Source: Bacilli bacterium (GTDB taxonomy: Bacteria > Bacillota_I > Bacilli_A > RFN20 > DUOF01). Taken from it: a stretch of 64,000 nucleotides of DNA. The stretch covers positions 278 through 64,277 of the forward strand of contig JBGVCT010000009.1 of the NCBI GenBank assembly GCA_045118975.1, given 5' to 3'. The notes under the pieces were generated by a model. It saw nothing but the letters and a program-made list of their open reading frames with translations. It was not told where the DNA came from and searched no databases. A program made the position numbers and the translations under genes. The first letter of the stretch is position 1; each line of letters starts with the position of its first letter. Of the stretch, positions 38,982-48,770 are shown in pieces.

Positions 38982-39886
38982 TTTATCGCCTCACTAACTA
39001 ATTCACTTGTATCAATTACCTCAACAAAATCAGTTCTAGTAATACTCTTTTTTAAATAAATCAAATCGCTAACATAAAGAGTATGGAATAAGTTGTTTTT
39101 GTGTGCTTTCTTAAACTTATTTAATCCCTTATTAAAAAGTGCATAGCAAACACATACATTGATAATACTAGCCCCCTCAATTTGACTCATTGCATTAAGT
39201 AAAGTAGTACCACTATCTAAAATATCATCGACAATTAATACTCGTTTATTATCAAAATCATAGTATTCTCCAGCATACTCTACAATAGGATTACTTCCAT
39301 CTACTAATTTTGTTAAATCTCTTTTTTTAGAGAACACGTATAGGTCTGCACCTAATTCTTTTGCATATGCCTCAGCTCTTGCTCTTCCACCCTCATCTGG
39401 AGACACTACAACATCATATTTATGTTCCTTAAATAATGATGCAAGAGAATATGTTTGTATATCTTTATGACTTCCATGTGCCTCAAAAGTAATAATTCTA
39501 TTTACTCCAAAATGTTTTAAATCACTAACAAACATTTCAAAGTCTTTACTCTCACCCTCATTAATCGCATTTTGTCTACACTCATACATAAGAGGTAAGA
39601 AAACATTTACACTTTTAGGATCATCTAAAGCATTGATAATTCTTCTAAGCTCTACATAATATTCATCACTTGAATATACTCTTTTTTTACCCTTATATTT
39701 ATAGGTTATTGGGGCAGTAAAATCAGAGAAAATTATTACATCTTCCCCTTTTACACTATCATGTAAAACAATCTTACCTTCACCATTTTTAAATTTGATT
39801 ATATCAAATTTAACTTCTTCTGCATTTAAGTAATTATTTATCTTTTTAAACTGCTTTAAATAGTTATCAAATACTATCGCTTTCAT
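38978..39886 (-). CDS. prs: Ribose-phosphate pyrophosphokinase-like protein
   Basis: FKNGEGK, VVSPDEGG..RA, KKRD, LIVDDILDSGTTL; divergent. Confidence 0.8.
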   Translation of the reverse strand: MKAIVFDNYLKQFKKINNYLNAEEVKFDIIKFKNGEGKIVLHDSVKGEDVIIFSDFTAPITYKYKGKKRVYSSDEYYVELRRIINALDDPKSVNVFLPLMYECRQNAINEGESKDFEMFVSDLKHFGVNRIITFEAHGSHKDIQTYSLASLFKEHKYDVVVSPDEGGRARAEAYAKELGADLYVFSKKRDLTKLVDGSNPIVEYAGEYYDFDNKRVLIVDDILDSGTTLLNAMSQIEGASIINVCVCYALFNKGLNKFKKAHKNNLFHTLYVSDLIYLKKSITRTDFVEVIDTSELVSEAIK

Positions 39887-39888
39887 AA

Positions 39889-41751
39889 TTATAATTCCTC
39901 AATTTCACTCAAATATAATTTACTTGATAAGTCACTATTTAATCTTAAATTTCCTCTAATTGAAATATCAATTTCATTAACTCTAACTCCATCTGGAGAA
40001 CATGTTCTTTTAAATTGTTGAGTAAAGAATCTTTTAATAAAAGTTGTTAAAGCTTCCTTAATTTCTTCTTTAGAATATTCTTCAAAAGTATTGCATGCCA
40101 AGTAATATAGTTTCTTAACTGAAGCATTATAACCCAAGAAATGATAGATAAAGAAATCATGAAGTGTATAGCTTCCCTTTAAACTAGCTTCACTTGATTG
40201 AGCAATATTTCCTTTTGCATCAAGTGGTAATAATTCTGGAGAAATAATTGTATCTAGGATACTCTCTAAAGTTTCTTTAAATACACCTTCATACTTATTA
40301 GATTCATATCTAATAAGACTCTTAACTAAAGTTTTAGGAATATTAGCATTTACCCCATAATTAGACATATGATCTCCATTATAAGTAGCCCAACCTAATA
40401 CACACTCACTTAAATCTCCAGTACCTACAACAAAACCACCTAATTCATTAGATAAATCAAATAATATTTGAGTTCTCTCTCTAGCTTGAGCATTTTCATA
40501 AGTAATATCGTATTTGTTCTCATCATGTCCAATATCTTTATAATGTTGAATACATGCTTCTTTAATAGATATTTCTTTAAATGTAGCACCCATTTCTTTT
40601 ATTAAATTAACTGAGTTAGTATATGTCTTATTACTTGTACCAAACCCTGGCATAGTTACACAAACAATATTCTCATTTGAAATATTTAGTAACTTAGTAG
40701 CCCTAAGACACACAAGCATAGCCAAAGTAGAATCACTACCTCCACTTATACCAATAATCATCTTAGAATTACCAAGTTGTTTAACTCTTCTAGCTAACCC
40801 AAAAGACAAAATATTCATTATCTCTTCTAACTCTTCTTCATTTTTAATAAATGGAGTCTTACTATACTTCTTTAAAAGAGTATTTTCTTTTTCATTTACT
40901 TCAAATAAAACTTCAACATACTCACTATCTTTTCTAACTCCTCTAGCACTCTTATTATCAAGACGCAATAAATCAACATCATGATAAATAAACTTAGATT
41001 CAAAACTTAATTTATCATCATTAATAGTTTCATCTAAATCACTTATAATAAGTTGACCAGATAAAACAACATCACTACTAGTTTCATTGCTACTAGCACT
41101 AGAATACACATAACTTGCATTATTAACTTTAGTTAATGTCTTTATTGTTTCTAAGTAATAATCTTGTTTACTAGTTAAAGCAATATTACTCTCTAAACAT
41201 AAAACTAAATTAGCCTCTAGATTATTAACATATAAAAAATCATTACCAACATTAACAACAAATCTAAAATAATCATATTCACTATGCTTATAAACAATAT
41301 TATTACTTACAAGTACAGATTCATCATTTAAAGTAATATAAGTATCTTCTAGTTCATTACCACTAGTAAAATATCTAACTTCATCACTAGTTAAATATCT
41401 TTTTGGAGTGACACCTAGATATTCGCCCCTAGCTATAGTAACAGCACAATTATATAATCTAGAATTAATTTTTAAAGGAGCACCTACTACAAATACTAGA
41501 TCATATTTTTCACTTTCTTTTCTTAAAGTTTCTAAAGCATTTAATGTAGCACTAGTTAATTCACCAGTAAAGAAAAGATCCTTACAAGTAACTCCAGTTA
41601 AACTAAGTTCACCAAAACTAACTACATCTACTCCCTCTTTATTTAATTTTTCTAAGTTAGCAATAATTTCTTTTACATTGTAACTAACATTACTAACCTC
41701 TACCCTACTACTACAAGCACCTACTCTTACATACCCATATTTTTTAAGCAT
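39889..41751 (-). CDS. nadE: NAD+ synthetase with N-terminal nitrilase/glutaminase-like domain
   Basis: GISGGSDST, TMPGFGTS, ENAQARERTQ, GTGDLSE, YNGDHMS, QQFKR. Confidence 0.95.
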   Translation of the reverse strand: MLKKYGYVRVGACSSRVEVSNVSYNVKEIIANLEKLNKEGVDVVSFGELSLTGVTCKDLFFTGELTSATLNALETLRKESEKYDLVFVVGAPLKINSRLYNCAVTIARGEYLGVTPKRYLTSDEVRYFTSGNELEDTYITLNDESVLVSNNIVYKHSEYDYFRFVVNVGNDFLYVNNLEANLVLCLESNIALTSKQDYYLETIKTLTKVNNASYVYSSASSNETSSDVVLSGQLIISDLDETINDDKLSFESKFIYHDVDLLRLDNKSARGVRKDSEYVEVLFEVNEKENTLLKKYSKTPFIKNEEELEEIMNILSFGLARRVKQLGNSKMIIGISGGSDSTLAMLVCLRATKLLNISNENIVCVTMPGFGTSNKTYTNSVNLIKEMGATFKEISIKEACIQHYKDIGHDENKYDITYENAQARERTQILFDLSNELGGFVVGTGDLSECVLGWATYNGDHMSNYGVNANIPKTLVKSLIRYESNKYEGVFKETLESILDTIISPELLPLDAKGNIAQSSEASLKGSYTLHDFFIYHFLGYNASVKKLYYLACNTFEEYSKEEIKEALTTFIKRFFTQQFKRTCSPDGVRVNEIDISIRGNLRLNSDLSSKLYLSEIEEL

Positions 41752-41752
41752 A

Positions 41753-42361
41753 TTATTCCCCTTTCCTAGTTAATCTTTCCATCATTAATTCAGCATAAGC
41801 GATTCTAGCACCACCACTAGCTAAATATCCAAGTTCGATTAACTCTTTTAAATCATCAACCTTAACTGTAAGCGATTCCAAATATTCATCTTCATCAAGC
41901 TTTACATCACTTACTTTCTTTAATCCTCTAGCAATATATATTTTATTCCTTGCATCTCCTATACCTTCATCTTGATAGTAATATGCAACCTCTTTTATTT
42001 CACTAGCTCTATATCCTGTTTCTTCTTCAAGTTCTCTTAAAGCAGCACTCTTATGATCCTCATCATTATTTAAATATCCTGCAGGAAAATCAAGTTGAGC
42101 ACCTAAGTGAGTAAATACTCTAGGTTGAACTATTAACAATACTTCATCATTATCAAGAAGTGGGACCACAACACAAGCACAACCACTACCTCTACCACTA
42201 TTTTTAACTAACTTATCTCTATAAATAGTATGACCATTATTAAGCTCAATCTTATAACTTTCCACCTTTAAAAATGGTTTACTATTTTCTATTAAAGTCT
42301 TACTTTTAACACCATACTTTTCAATTAACTTCTTTATTTCATTTAATTTTGAAGCATCCAT
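41753..42361 (-). CDS. Nudix hydrolase, ADP-ribose pyrophosphatase-like
   Basis: Intact Nudix box PAGYLNNDEDHKSAALRELEEETGY. Confidence 0.88.
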   Translation of the reverse strand: MDASKLNEIKKLIEKYGVKSKTLIENSKPFLKVESYKIELNNGHTIYRDKLVKNSGRGSGCACVVVPLLDNDEVLLIVQPRVFTHLGAQLDFPAGYLNNDEDHKSAALRELEEETGYRASEIKEVAYYYQDEGIGDARNKIYIARGLKKVSDVKLDEDEYLESLTVKVDDLKELIELGYLASGGARIAYAELMMERLTRKGE

Positions 42362-42362
42362 A

Positions 42363-43793
42363 TTAGAAACCTCTTTTTTCTTTAATTAAACCATATTTTA
42401 AATCATATAATTTTTGAGATAAATCCACATAATATTTATTTGGATTATTAAGTCTTCTAGTTTCTGGATAAATAGTTTCTAATTCTTTCTTACAATATGC
42501 CTTAGACTCTTCAACTGTTGGTCTAGTATAGACTAGTTTTCCATTTACAAATATTGGATGTAACATTTTTCTAACTGTATAGTTATTAATAGTTTTTCTC
42601 TTCCAAGGTGATTTTTCATCAAATAAAGTATATTCATTTTCATCAATTACTTCTTCACTTAAAGCAAGTACATCACCTAGCGCATAACCAGTTTCTTTAT
42701 CATAGAATCTATATACTTCCTTTAATCCAGGATTAGTAATTTTAATTTCATTATCGCTAATTTTAATTCTAGGATCTACTTCACCATTTTCTTCAACTGC
42801 AACAAGTTTGTAAACCCCACCAAACACAGGAGTACTCTTACTTGTAATTAAGTTTTCACCTACACCAAAACTATCAATTTTAGCACCTTGTTCATATAAA
42901 TCTTTAATCAAATATTCATCAAGTGAATTAGATACACAAATCTTACAATCTTGCATATCATTTTCATCTAAAATTCTTCTACATTCTTTTGATAAATAAG
43001 CAAGGTCTCCACTATCAAGTCTAACACCCTTTAATCTGTATCCATTAGGAACTAAATATTCTTTATGAACTCTAATTGCATTAACTAAACCACTATTAAT
43101 TGTATCAATTGTATCAATAAGGAATGTTGAATTATTAGGGAATGCTTTAGCATAAGCTAAAAACGCATCATATTCACTATCATATTTCATGATTTGGCTA
43201 TGGGCCATAGTACCTAATATACTAACACCATATCTTTTACCAGCTTCATAACAACTAGTACCAATACAACCAGCAATACAAGCATACTTAGCACCAACTA
43301 TTGCTGCACTATTACCTTGAGCCCTTCTAGCACCAAACTCCATTACACCTTTACCATTTGCACTATTTACAATTCTACTAGCTTTAGTAGATATTAAACT
43401 CGCATGATTAAATCTATTTAATAAATCTGTTTCAATAATTTCTGCCTCAATTAAAGGTGCCTTAACTCTAATACAAGTTTCATTTGGGAAAGCTACATCA
43501 CCATCTAACATTGAATAAACATCACCTGTAAATTTAAAGTTAGATAAGTACTCTAAGAAATCTTCATCAAAAGTATTTAAACTTCTTAAGTATTCAATAT
43601 CTTCTTTTTCAAATCTCACATTATTTAAATAGTCAATAATTTCATCTAACCCACCAAATAAGCTATATCCACTATTATCAATATTCTTTCTAAAGAACGC
43701 ATCAAAATATACTATTTGTTCATGCTTATTGTTTTTAAAATCACTATAAGCCATTGTAAGTTCATAAAAATCTATTAATTTATTTTCTAACAT
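42363..43793 (-). CDS. pncB: Nicotinate phosphoribosyltransferase
   Basis: DFYELTM, EFGARRAQG, GTMAHS, GVRLDSGDL, SNSLDE, FGGVYKL. Confidence 0.96.
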   Translation of the reverse strand: MLENKLIDFYELTMAYSDFKNNKHEQIVYFDAFFRKNIDNSGYSLFGGLDEIIDYLNNVRFEKEDIEYLRSLNTFDEDFLEYLSNFKFTGDVYSMLDGDVAFPNETCIRVKAPLIEAEIIETDLLNRFNHASLISTKASRIVNSANGKGVMEFGARRAQGNSAAIVGAKYACIAGCIGTSCYEAGKRYGVSILGTMAHSQIMKYDSEYDAFLAYAKAFPNNSTFLIDTIDTINSGLVNAIRVHKEYLVPNGYRLKGVRLDSGDLAYLSKECRRILDENDMQDCKICVSNSLDEYLIKDLYEQGAKIDSFGVGENLITSKSTPVFGGVYKLVAVEENGEVDPRIKISDNEIKITNPGLKEVYRFYDKETGYALGDVLALSEEVIDENEYTLFDEKSPWKRKTINNYTVRKMLHPIFVNGKLVYTRPTVEESKAYCKKELETIYPETRRLNNPNKYYVDLSQKLYDLKYGLIKEKRGF

Positions 43794-44397
43794 TTTTCTT
43801 CACCTCTAGCCCTAACTCTTTACTTGTATATAATTTAACTCCTGCTTGCTTCATTAGCTTATTTGCCATTTCATTATATTCATCTCTAGGATGATATGGA
43901 GCATCATAAGTTTCAATTAAATCACTAATTGTTACAACCTCAACCTTCAAATCATGTTCATCAAAATAATTAACTAAAGGTATTGCAAAGTTAGTAACAC
44001 AAATATCGCTACAACAACCAACAACATATACTCTTTCTAGATTAACCATCTTAGATAAATCCTCTAGTAAACCTTTAGCAAACATTGCACTTGTTGAATT
44101 CTTCTTATATGTTCTTCCCTCATCCTCATAAACTTTCAATTCATCAACAAGTTCACTTTCACTAGTTCCCTCTAAACAATGCTCAGGAAACTTTTTAAAC
44201 TCTGTACATCCCAATTTATGACAATCCCTAATAAAGAATATTTCTCCATCTAACTTCTTTATATATTTTTTTATTAACTCTTTAATACCAGGAATAATAT
44301 GTGCTATATATTCATCCTTCATGTTACCTTCATAGACAAATCCATTGATCATATCTACTACTACAACTAACTCTTTTACATCTTCTAATTTTTTCAT
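43780..44397 (-). CDS. pncA: Nicotinamidase (isochorismatase/cysteine hydrolase family)
   Basis: VVDMINGF, D.H, FPEHC, KNSTS, GCCSDICV; first gene of the NAD salvage operon. Confidence 0.85.
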   Translation of the reverse strand: MKKLEDVKELVVVVDMINGFVYEGNMKDEYIAHIIPGIKELIKKYIKKLDGEIFFIRDCHKLGCTEFKKFPEHCLEGTSESELVDELKVYEDEGRTYKKNSTSAMFAKGLLEDLSKMVNLERVYVVGCCSDICVTNFAIPLVNYFDEHDLKVEVVTISDLIETYDAPYHPRDEYNEMANKLMKQAGVKLYTSKELGLEVKKNVRK

Positions 44398-44411
44398 TTT
44401 CTAGCCACCTC

Positions 44412-44472
44412 TTACTATCATTATAGTAATAAGAGACAACAAAATCAACACTTTTTATCAATTTGATAAGAA
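44412..44472 (-). promoter_or_regulatory. sigmaA promoter of the NAD operon with two palindromic candidate NrtR operators
   Basis: TTGATT(44448-43)-N17-TATAAT(44425-20); palindromes TTACTATcattATAGTAA (44412-44429) and TTATCAattTGATAA (within 44452-44472). Confidence 0.65.
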
Positions 44473-44536
44473 CAAATATTTTTAAAATTTATAAAATAAA
44501 TTTTAACTTTTTTCAAAAGTCTAATAAAAAAAGGTA

Positions 44537-45115
44537 TTACTCATACCTTCTTACTATATTTTCTTTTAACTCACTAGGAGCATATTTGATACATCTCTTT
44601 TTATAATATTTAAACTTTTTTAAATGCTTTTTATTAGATTTTGCTAGGACATCGCACATTCCCATATATCCCAAATAATTCTTCTTATAATTTTTAATAG
44701 CGCTTTTAAATTCATCTATTGCTATATCTAAATCATTATCCTGCATAGCCTTTAAGCCATTATCTATACACATTTCACTTTTTCCCTTCATCCTTCTAGG
44801 AGAAGTTTCACTACCTATTTTGTTAATTAAAACTATATATAAAACCGAATTCATTAAAACAAAAGCAAACACAGATATCATAAGAGAGTAAATATTTGCT
44901 CCCATTGATTCTTTAACTAAAGCAAACATGAATAAATAATCTAACATCACTAATGCTATAGTATACCCCACATTTAAATTTTTAATAAAATAATAAAAAG
45001 AGACAAATAAAAGACTATATGCAAGTGCAACACCCCAAGGAAGTATAGTAATGCACACTAAAAATCTCAATGCAAAGGCAAATCCTATCATGTACTTGAA
45101 ACCTAAATCTTTCAT
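44537..45115 (-). CDS. Hypothetical membrane protein with C-terminal TPR-like helix pair
   Basis: Hydrophobic N-half; GLKAMQDNDLDIAIDEFKSAIK...GYMGMCDVL is TPR-like. Confidence 0.6.
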   Translation of the reverse strand: MKDLGFKYMIGFAFALRFLVCITILPWGVALAYSLLFVSFYYFIKNLNVGYTIALVMLDYLFMFALVKESMGANIYSLMISVFAFVLMNSVLYIVLINKIGSETSPRRMKGKSEMCIDNGLKAMQDNDLDIAIDEFKSAIKNYKKNYLGYMGMCDVLAKSNKKHLKKFKYYKKRCIKYAPSELKENIVRRYE

Positions 45116-45174
45116 TCTCTCACCACCTTCAATATAACATACCCATTTAAAATAATCTATATTATTTTATATAT

Positions 45175-45194
45175 AAAAAAAGCCCGTAGGCTTT
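45175..45194 (-). terminator. Terminator after ffh
   Basis: AAAGCC-cgta-GGCTTT with an A-run. Confidence 0.65.
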
Positions 45195-45196
45195 AA

Positions 45197-46513
45197 TTAA
45201 AATGGGAATTTGCCATTTTTCATATATGGCTTTAATTGTTTCATCATTTCTTTCATCTTTTCATATTGATTTAAGACACGATTTACATCACTAGCTTGAG
45301 TTCCACTACCCTTAGCAATTCTAATCTTTCTACTTGCTTTTAAAATCTTAGGATCTTTTCTCTCTTCCATTGTCATACTAGAAATAATAGCTTTAGTCTT
45401 TTTCATTTGTTCATTAGCTTCTTTTTCTTGTTCATCACTAATTTTAGGCATTCCTGGAATTAACTTCATCAATCCCTTCATTGATCCAAGTTTATTCATT
45501 TGTTGCATTTGAGAGAGCATATCATCAAGAGTGAAGTTACCATTCATCATCTTATTAACAGTCTTTTTAGCCTCTTTTTCATCGATTGCCTCTTGAGCTT
45601 TCTCCACAAGTGTAAGAACATCACCCATGCCAAGAATTCTCTCAGCCATTCTCTCAGGATAGAACACCTCTAAATCTTCAATCTTTTCTCCCATACCACT
45701 AAACTTAATTGGGATACCTGTAAGATGCTTAATACTTAAAGCAGCTCCACCTCTAGCATCACCATCAAGTTTAGACATAACTAAACCAGTAATTCTAAGT
45801 TTATCATTGAAGGCCTTAGCAACATTAACACTATCTTGTCCACTCATTGCATCTACAACAAGTAAAACTTCTTTAGGCTTAATTACACTATTAACATTCT
45901 TTAATTCATCCATTAAAGCTTCATCAACTTGTAATCTACCAGCAGTATCTAAAATTACTAGATCAAATCCCTTTTCTCTAGCATAACTCAAAGCACGTGT
46001 AGCAATATTAACTACATCTTTACTTTCCTTATCATAGAACACTTCTACATCTATACTTTTGCCAAGAGTAATAAGTTGATCAATAGCAGCAGGTCTATAT
46101 ACGTCACAAGCAACTAAAAGAGGTTTCTTATTATTCTTTTTCTTCATTAAATAAGCAATCTTACTAGCAGTAGTTGTCTTACCACTACCTTGTAATCCCA
46201 CCATCATAATACTAGTTAAACCACTAATATTTAATGTATCATTTTCCTCTCCAAGTAAAGCAACAAGTTCTTCTTTCATGATTTTTAAAATCATTTGTCC
46301 TGGAGATAATGTTTTCAATACATCTTGACCAATAGATTTTTCTTTAACATTATTAACAAACTCTTTAACAACCTTATAGTTAACATCCGCTTCTAAAAGA
46401 GACATTCTAATCTCTTTTAACATTTCTTCCATATTTTCTTCAGTTAATCTAGATTGTCCCTTAACCTTCTTCATTACAGCTTGTAATTTATCTGATAATT
46501 GTTCAAACGCCAT
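45197..46513 (-). CDS. ffh: Signal recognition particle protein
   Basis: GLQGSGKTT, DVYRPAA, DTAGR, DGDARGG, Met-rich M domain, RIAKGSG. Confidence 0.98.
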   Translation of the reverse strand: MAFEQLSDKLQAVMKKVKGQSRLTEENMEEMLKEIRMSLLEADVNYKVVKEFVNNVKEKSIGQDVLKTLSPGQMILKIMKEELVALLGEENDTLNISGLTSIMMVGLQGSGKTTTASKIAYLMKKKNNKKPLLVACDVYRPAAIDQLITLGKSIDVEVFYDKESKDVVNIATRALSYAREKGFDLVILDTAGRLQVDEALMDELKNVNSVIKPKEVLLVVDAMSGQDSVNVAKAFNDKLRITGLVMSKLDGDARGGAALSIKHLTGIPIKFSGMGEKIEDLEVFYPERMAERILGMGDVLTLVEKAQEAIDEKEAKKTVNKMMNGNFTLDDMLSQMQQMNKLGSMKGLMKLIPGMPKISDEQEKEANEQMKKTKAIISSMTMEERKDPKILKASRKIRIAKGSGTQASDVNRVLNQYEKMKEMMKQLKPYMKNGKFPF

Positions 46514-46522
46514 AATATCCTC

Positions 46523-46828
46523 CTATAACTTCTCAACTCTATTTTTGATTTCCTCAATTGATAAATTATCGATCTCAGAAATAAGTAATTTTTTTTCTTT
46601 TTCTTTTCTTACTAAACCCAATTTAGATTCATACATTTCTAGTGCCAAACTAGCCTTTTTTACTGTATCATGTACAGCACTTCTAGTGATATTTAACTCC
46701 TCTGCTATTTCAGAAAGAGATAAATCATTCATGTAATATAGTTCCATTACATTCAATTGATTTTCAGTCAATAACTCACCATATAAATCTAATAAGTTAT
46801 TCATTAATTCAGTCTTTTCTAATTCCAT
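46523..46828 (-). CDS. ylxM: YlxM family HTH protein
   Basis: LLDLYGELLT..Q...ELYY..DLSLSEIAE, directly upstream of ffh. Confidence 0.92.
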   Translation of the reverse strand: MELEKTELMNNLLDLYGELLTENQLNVMELYYMNDLSLSEIAEELNITRSAVHDTVKKASLALEMYESKLGLVRKEKEKKLLISEIDNLSIEEIKNRVEKL

Positions 46829-46829
46829 A

Positions 46830-47096
46830 CTAAAGAACCATATCCATCACTATAAATATAAGTGCAAAAATACCTGCATCTCTATAAAATGTCGGATCTT
46901 TAAAACACCCTCTTCTTGCATCTCTATTTCTATATAAATAAGCAAAGAAGAAACCAATCGCAACATCAACAAGAATCATAATAACGAATGGATTATCAAT
47001 TCCCAATAATAGGCACAAATAAGAAACACCAAAACCAATAGCTCTTTGCCCTATAATACAAATAAACAAAAATATAATCAGTCTTCCAAAATCCAT
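46830..47096 (-). CDS. Small hypothetical membrane protein
   Basis: 88 aa, 3 hydrophobic segments, tightly packed between ftsY and ylxM with SD GGAG. Confidence 0.65.
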   Translation of the reverse strand: MDFGRLIIFLFICIIGQRAIGFGVSYLCLLLGIDNPFVIMILVDVAIGFFFAYLYRNRDARRGCFKDPTFYRDAGIFALIFIVMDMVL

Positions 47097-47097
47097 T

Positions 47098-48084
47098 TTA
47101 TTTATCTCCTTCCATATTCATGCACAAACCATAAACATATTCTTCAAGATCAAACTCTTCTAAATCATCAAGTTTCTCACCCAATCCAATATATTTAACA
47201 GGAATACCAAGTTCTTCTCTAATAGAAAGAATAATACCACCCTTACTAGTAGAATCCATCTTAGTTAAAATAATTGAATCCACCCCAGTAGCTTTAGCAA
47301 AACTAGATGCTTGAATTACTCCATTTTGCCCTGTAGTAGCATCAATAACCAGCATGACTTCATGAGGAGCACCCTCTACCTCTTTAGATAATACTCTACG
47401 CATTTTAGATAGTTCATCCATTAGATTAACTTTAGTTTGAAGTCTTCCAGCACTATCACAAATAACAATATCATATTCCTCATTTTTAGCCTTACTTACC
47501 CCTCTATAGTAAACGCTACTAGGATCTTCTTTTTCATTACCCTTTACAATATCTACACCAATTCTAGAAGCCCAAACATCAAGTTGTTCAACAGCTCCTG
47601 CTCTAAAAGTATCTCCTGCAACAAGTAACACTTTTTTACCTTCATTTTTAAATTTATAAGCAAGTTTAGCAATACTTGTAGTCTTACCTACACCATTTAC
47701 TCCAACAACTAAAATTACCGATGGACCATTTTCATTCATCTTAATTTCAGTATCCATTTCTTCTCCACCTTTAGCATAGTAAACAAACATCTTATCAACA
47801 AGAGTCTCATTTATCTCACTTGGAGTCTTAATCTTTTCAAGTCTTACTTCTTTTTTAGTTTCTTCAATGATTTCCATTACAATTCTAACACCAATATCCG
47901 CTTCAATTAGAATCTCCTCTAACTCATCAAAATAATCTTCATTAATTTCTCTATATCTAGCAGCAAGAGCATTTAACTTAGTAGAAAAGTTACTTCTAGA
48001 TTTATCCAAAGCAGCAACATATTTATCACTTCTAGCATTACTCTTACCAAAAACCTTTTCCTTTAACTTACTAAAAAATCCCAT
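47098..48084 (-). CDS. ftsY: SRP receptor FtsY
   Basis: GVNGVGKTT, GDTFRAGA, DSAGRLQ, DATTGQN, TKMD..SKGG. Confidence 0.97.
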   Translation of the reverse strand: MGFFSKLKEKVFGKSNARSDKYVAALDKSRSNFSTKLNALAARYREINEDYFDELEEILIEADIGVRIVMEIIEETKKEVRLEKIKTPSEINETLVDKMFVYYAKGGEEMDTEIKMNENGPSVILVVGVNGVGKTTSIAKLAYKFKNEGKKVLLVAGDTFRAGAVEQLDVWASRIGVDIVKGNEKEDPSSVYYRGVSKAKNEEYDIVICDSAGRLQTKVNLMDELSKMRRVLSKEVEGAPHEVMLVIDATTGQNGVIQASSFAKATGVDSIILTKMDSTSKGGIILSIREELGIPVKYIGLGEKLDDLEEFDLEEYVYGLCMNMEGDK

Positions 48085-48092
48085 TATCTCAC

Positions 48093-48770
48093 CTACTTAC
48101 TACACTTTTCAAGAGCATTTTTAGCTGCATCTTGTTGTGCTAATTTTTTACTAGTTCCTGTACCTGAGGCAAGAACTATCTCCCCATCTAGTAACACTTC
48201 AAAAACATAAACTGGGTTATTGCTAGTGCCACTATGACTAACTTCTCTATAACTAACAGATTGCTTAGTATCCGCTTGTACTAACTCTTGCAATTTACTC
48301 TTATAATCACGTAAAGAGTCAATATCTATTTCTTCTACCTTTTTAGCAAACACACTCTTTACAAACTCAAAAGTAAAATCAAATCCCTTATCTAGATATA
48401 TTGCAGCAACAAAAGCCTCAAAAGCATCAGCTAAAATATTTTTACCATTTCTACCTCCACTTTTTTCTTCTCCAATACCTAGTTTTAAAACTTTATCTAA
48501 CCCCAACTTTTTAGCCTCATTACACAAAGCATCTGCTCTAACAAGCTTACTTCTAATCAAAGACATTTCTCCCTCTCCAGAAGTTAAATCTTTATGAAAA
48601 ACAAGATGAGACACCATAAGTTGTAACACTGCATCTCCCATAAACTCTAGTCTCTCTAGATGCTTACAATTATCACCATGTTCATTTGCGTAACTTGGAT
48701 GAGTCACAGCTTGAATATAAAGTGACAAGTTATTAGTTTCTATTCCTAATCTATTTAATAGTTCCCTCAT
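48093..48770 (-). CDS. rnc: Ribonuclease III
   Basis: ERLEFMGDAVL, ADAFEA, dsRBD DYKSKLQE. Confidence 0.97.
   Translation of the reverse strand: MRELLNRLGIETNNLSLYIQAVTHPSYANEHGDNCKHLERLEFMGDAVLQLMVSHLVFHKDLTSGEGEMSLIRSKLVRADALCNEAKKLGLDKVLKLGIGEEKSGGRNGKNILADAFEAFVAAIYLDKGFDFTFEFVKSVFAKKVEEIDIDSLRDYKSKLQELVQADTKQSVSYREVSHSGTSNNPVYVFEVLLDGEIVLASGTGTSKKLAQQDAAKNALEKCSK

Noticed and set aside
38978-43793. Phage-type NARP1/NARP2 pathway
   Set aside because: The phosphoribosyltransferase has Firmicutes PncB motifs (EFGARRAQG) and comes with PncA, NadE and NadD, i.e. the deamidated route; no phage genes nearby.
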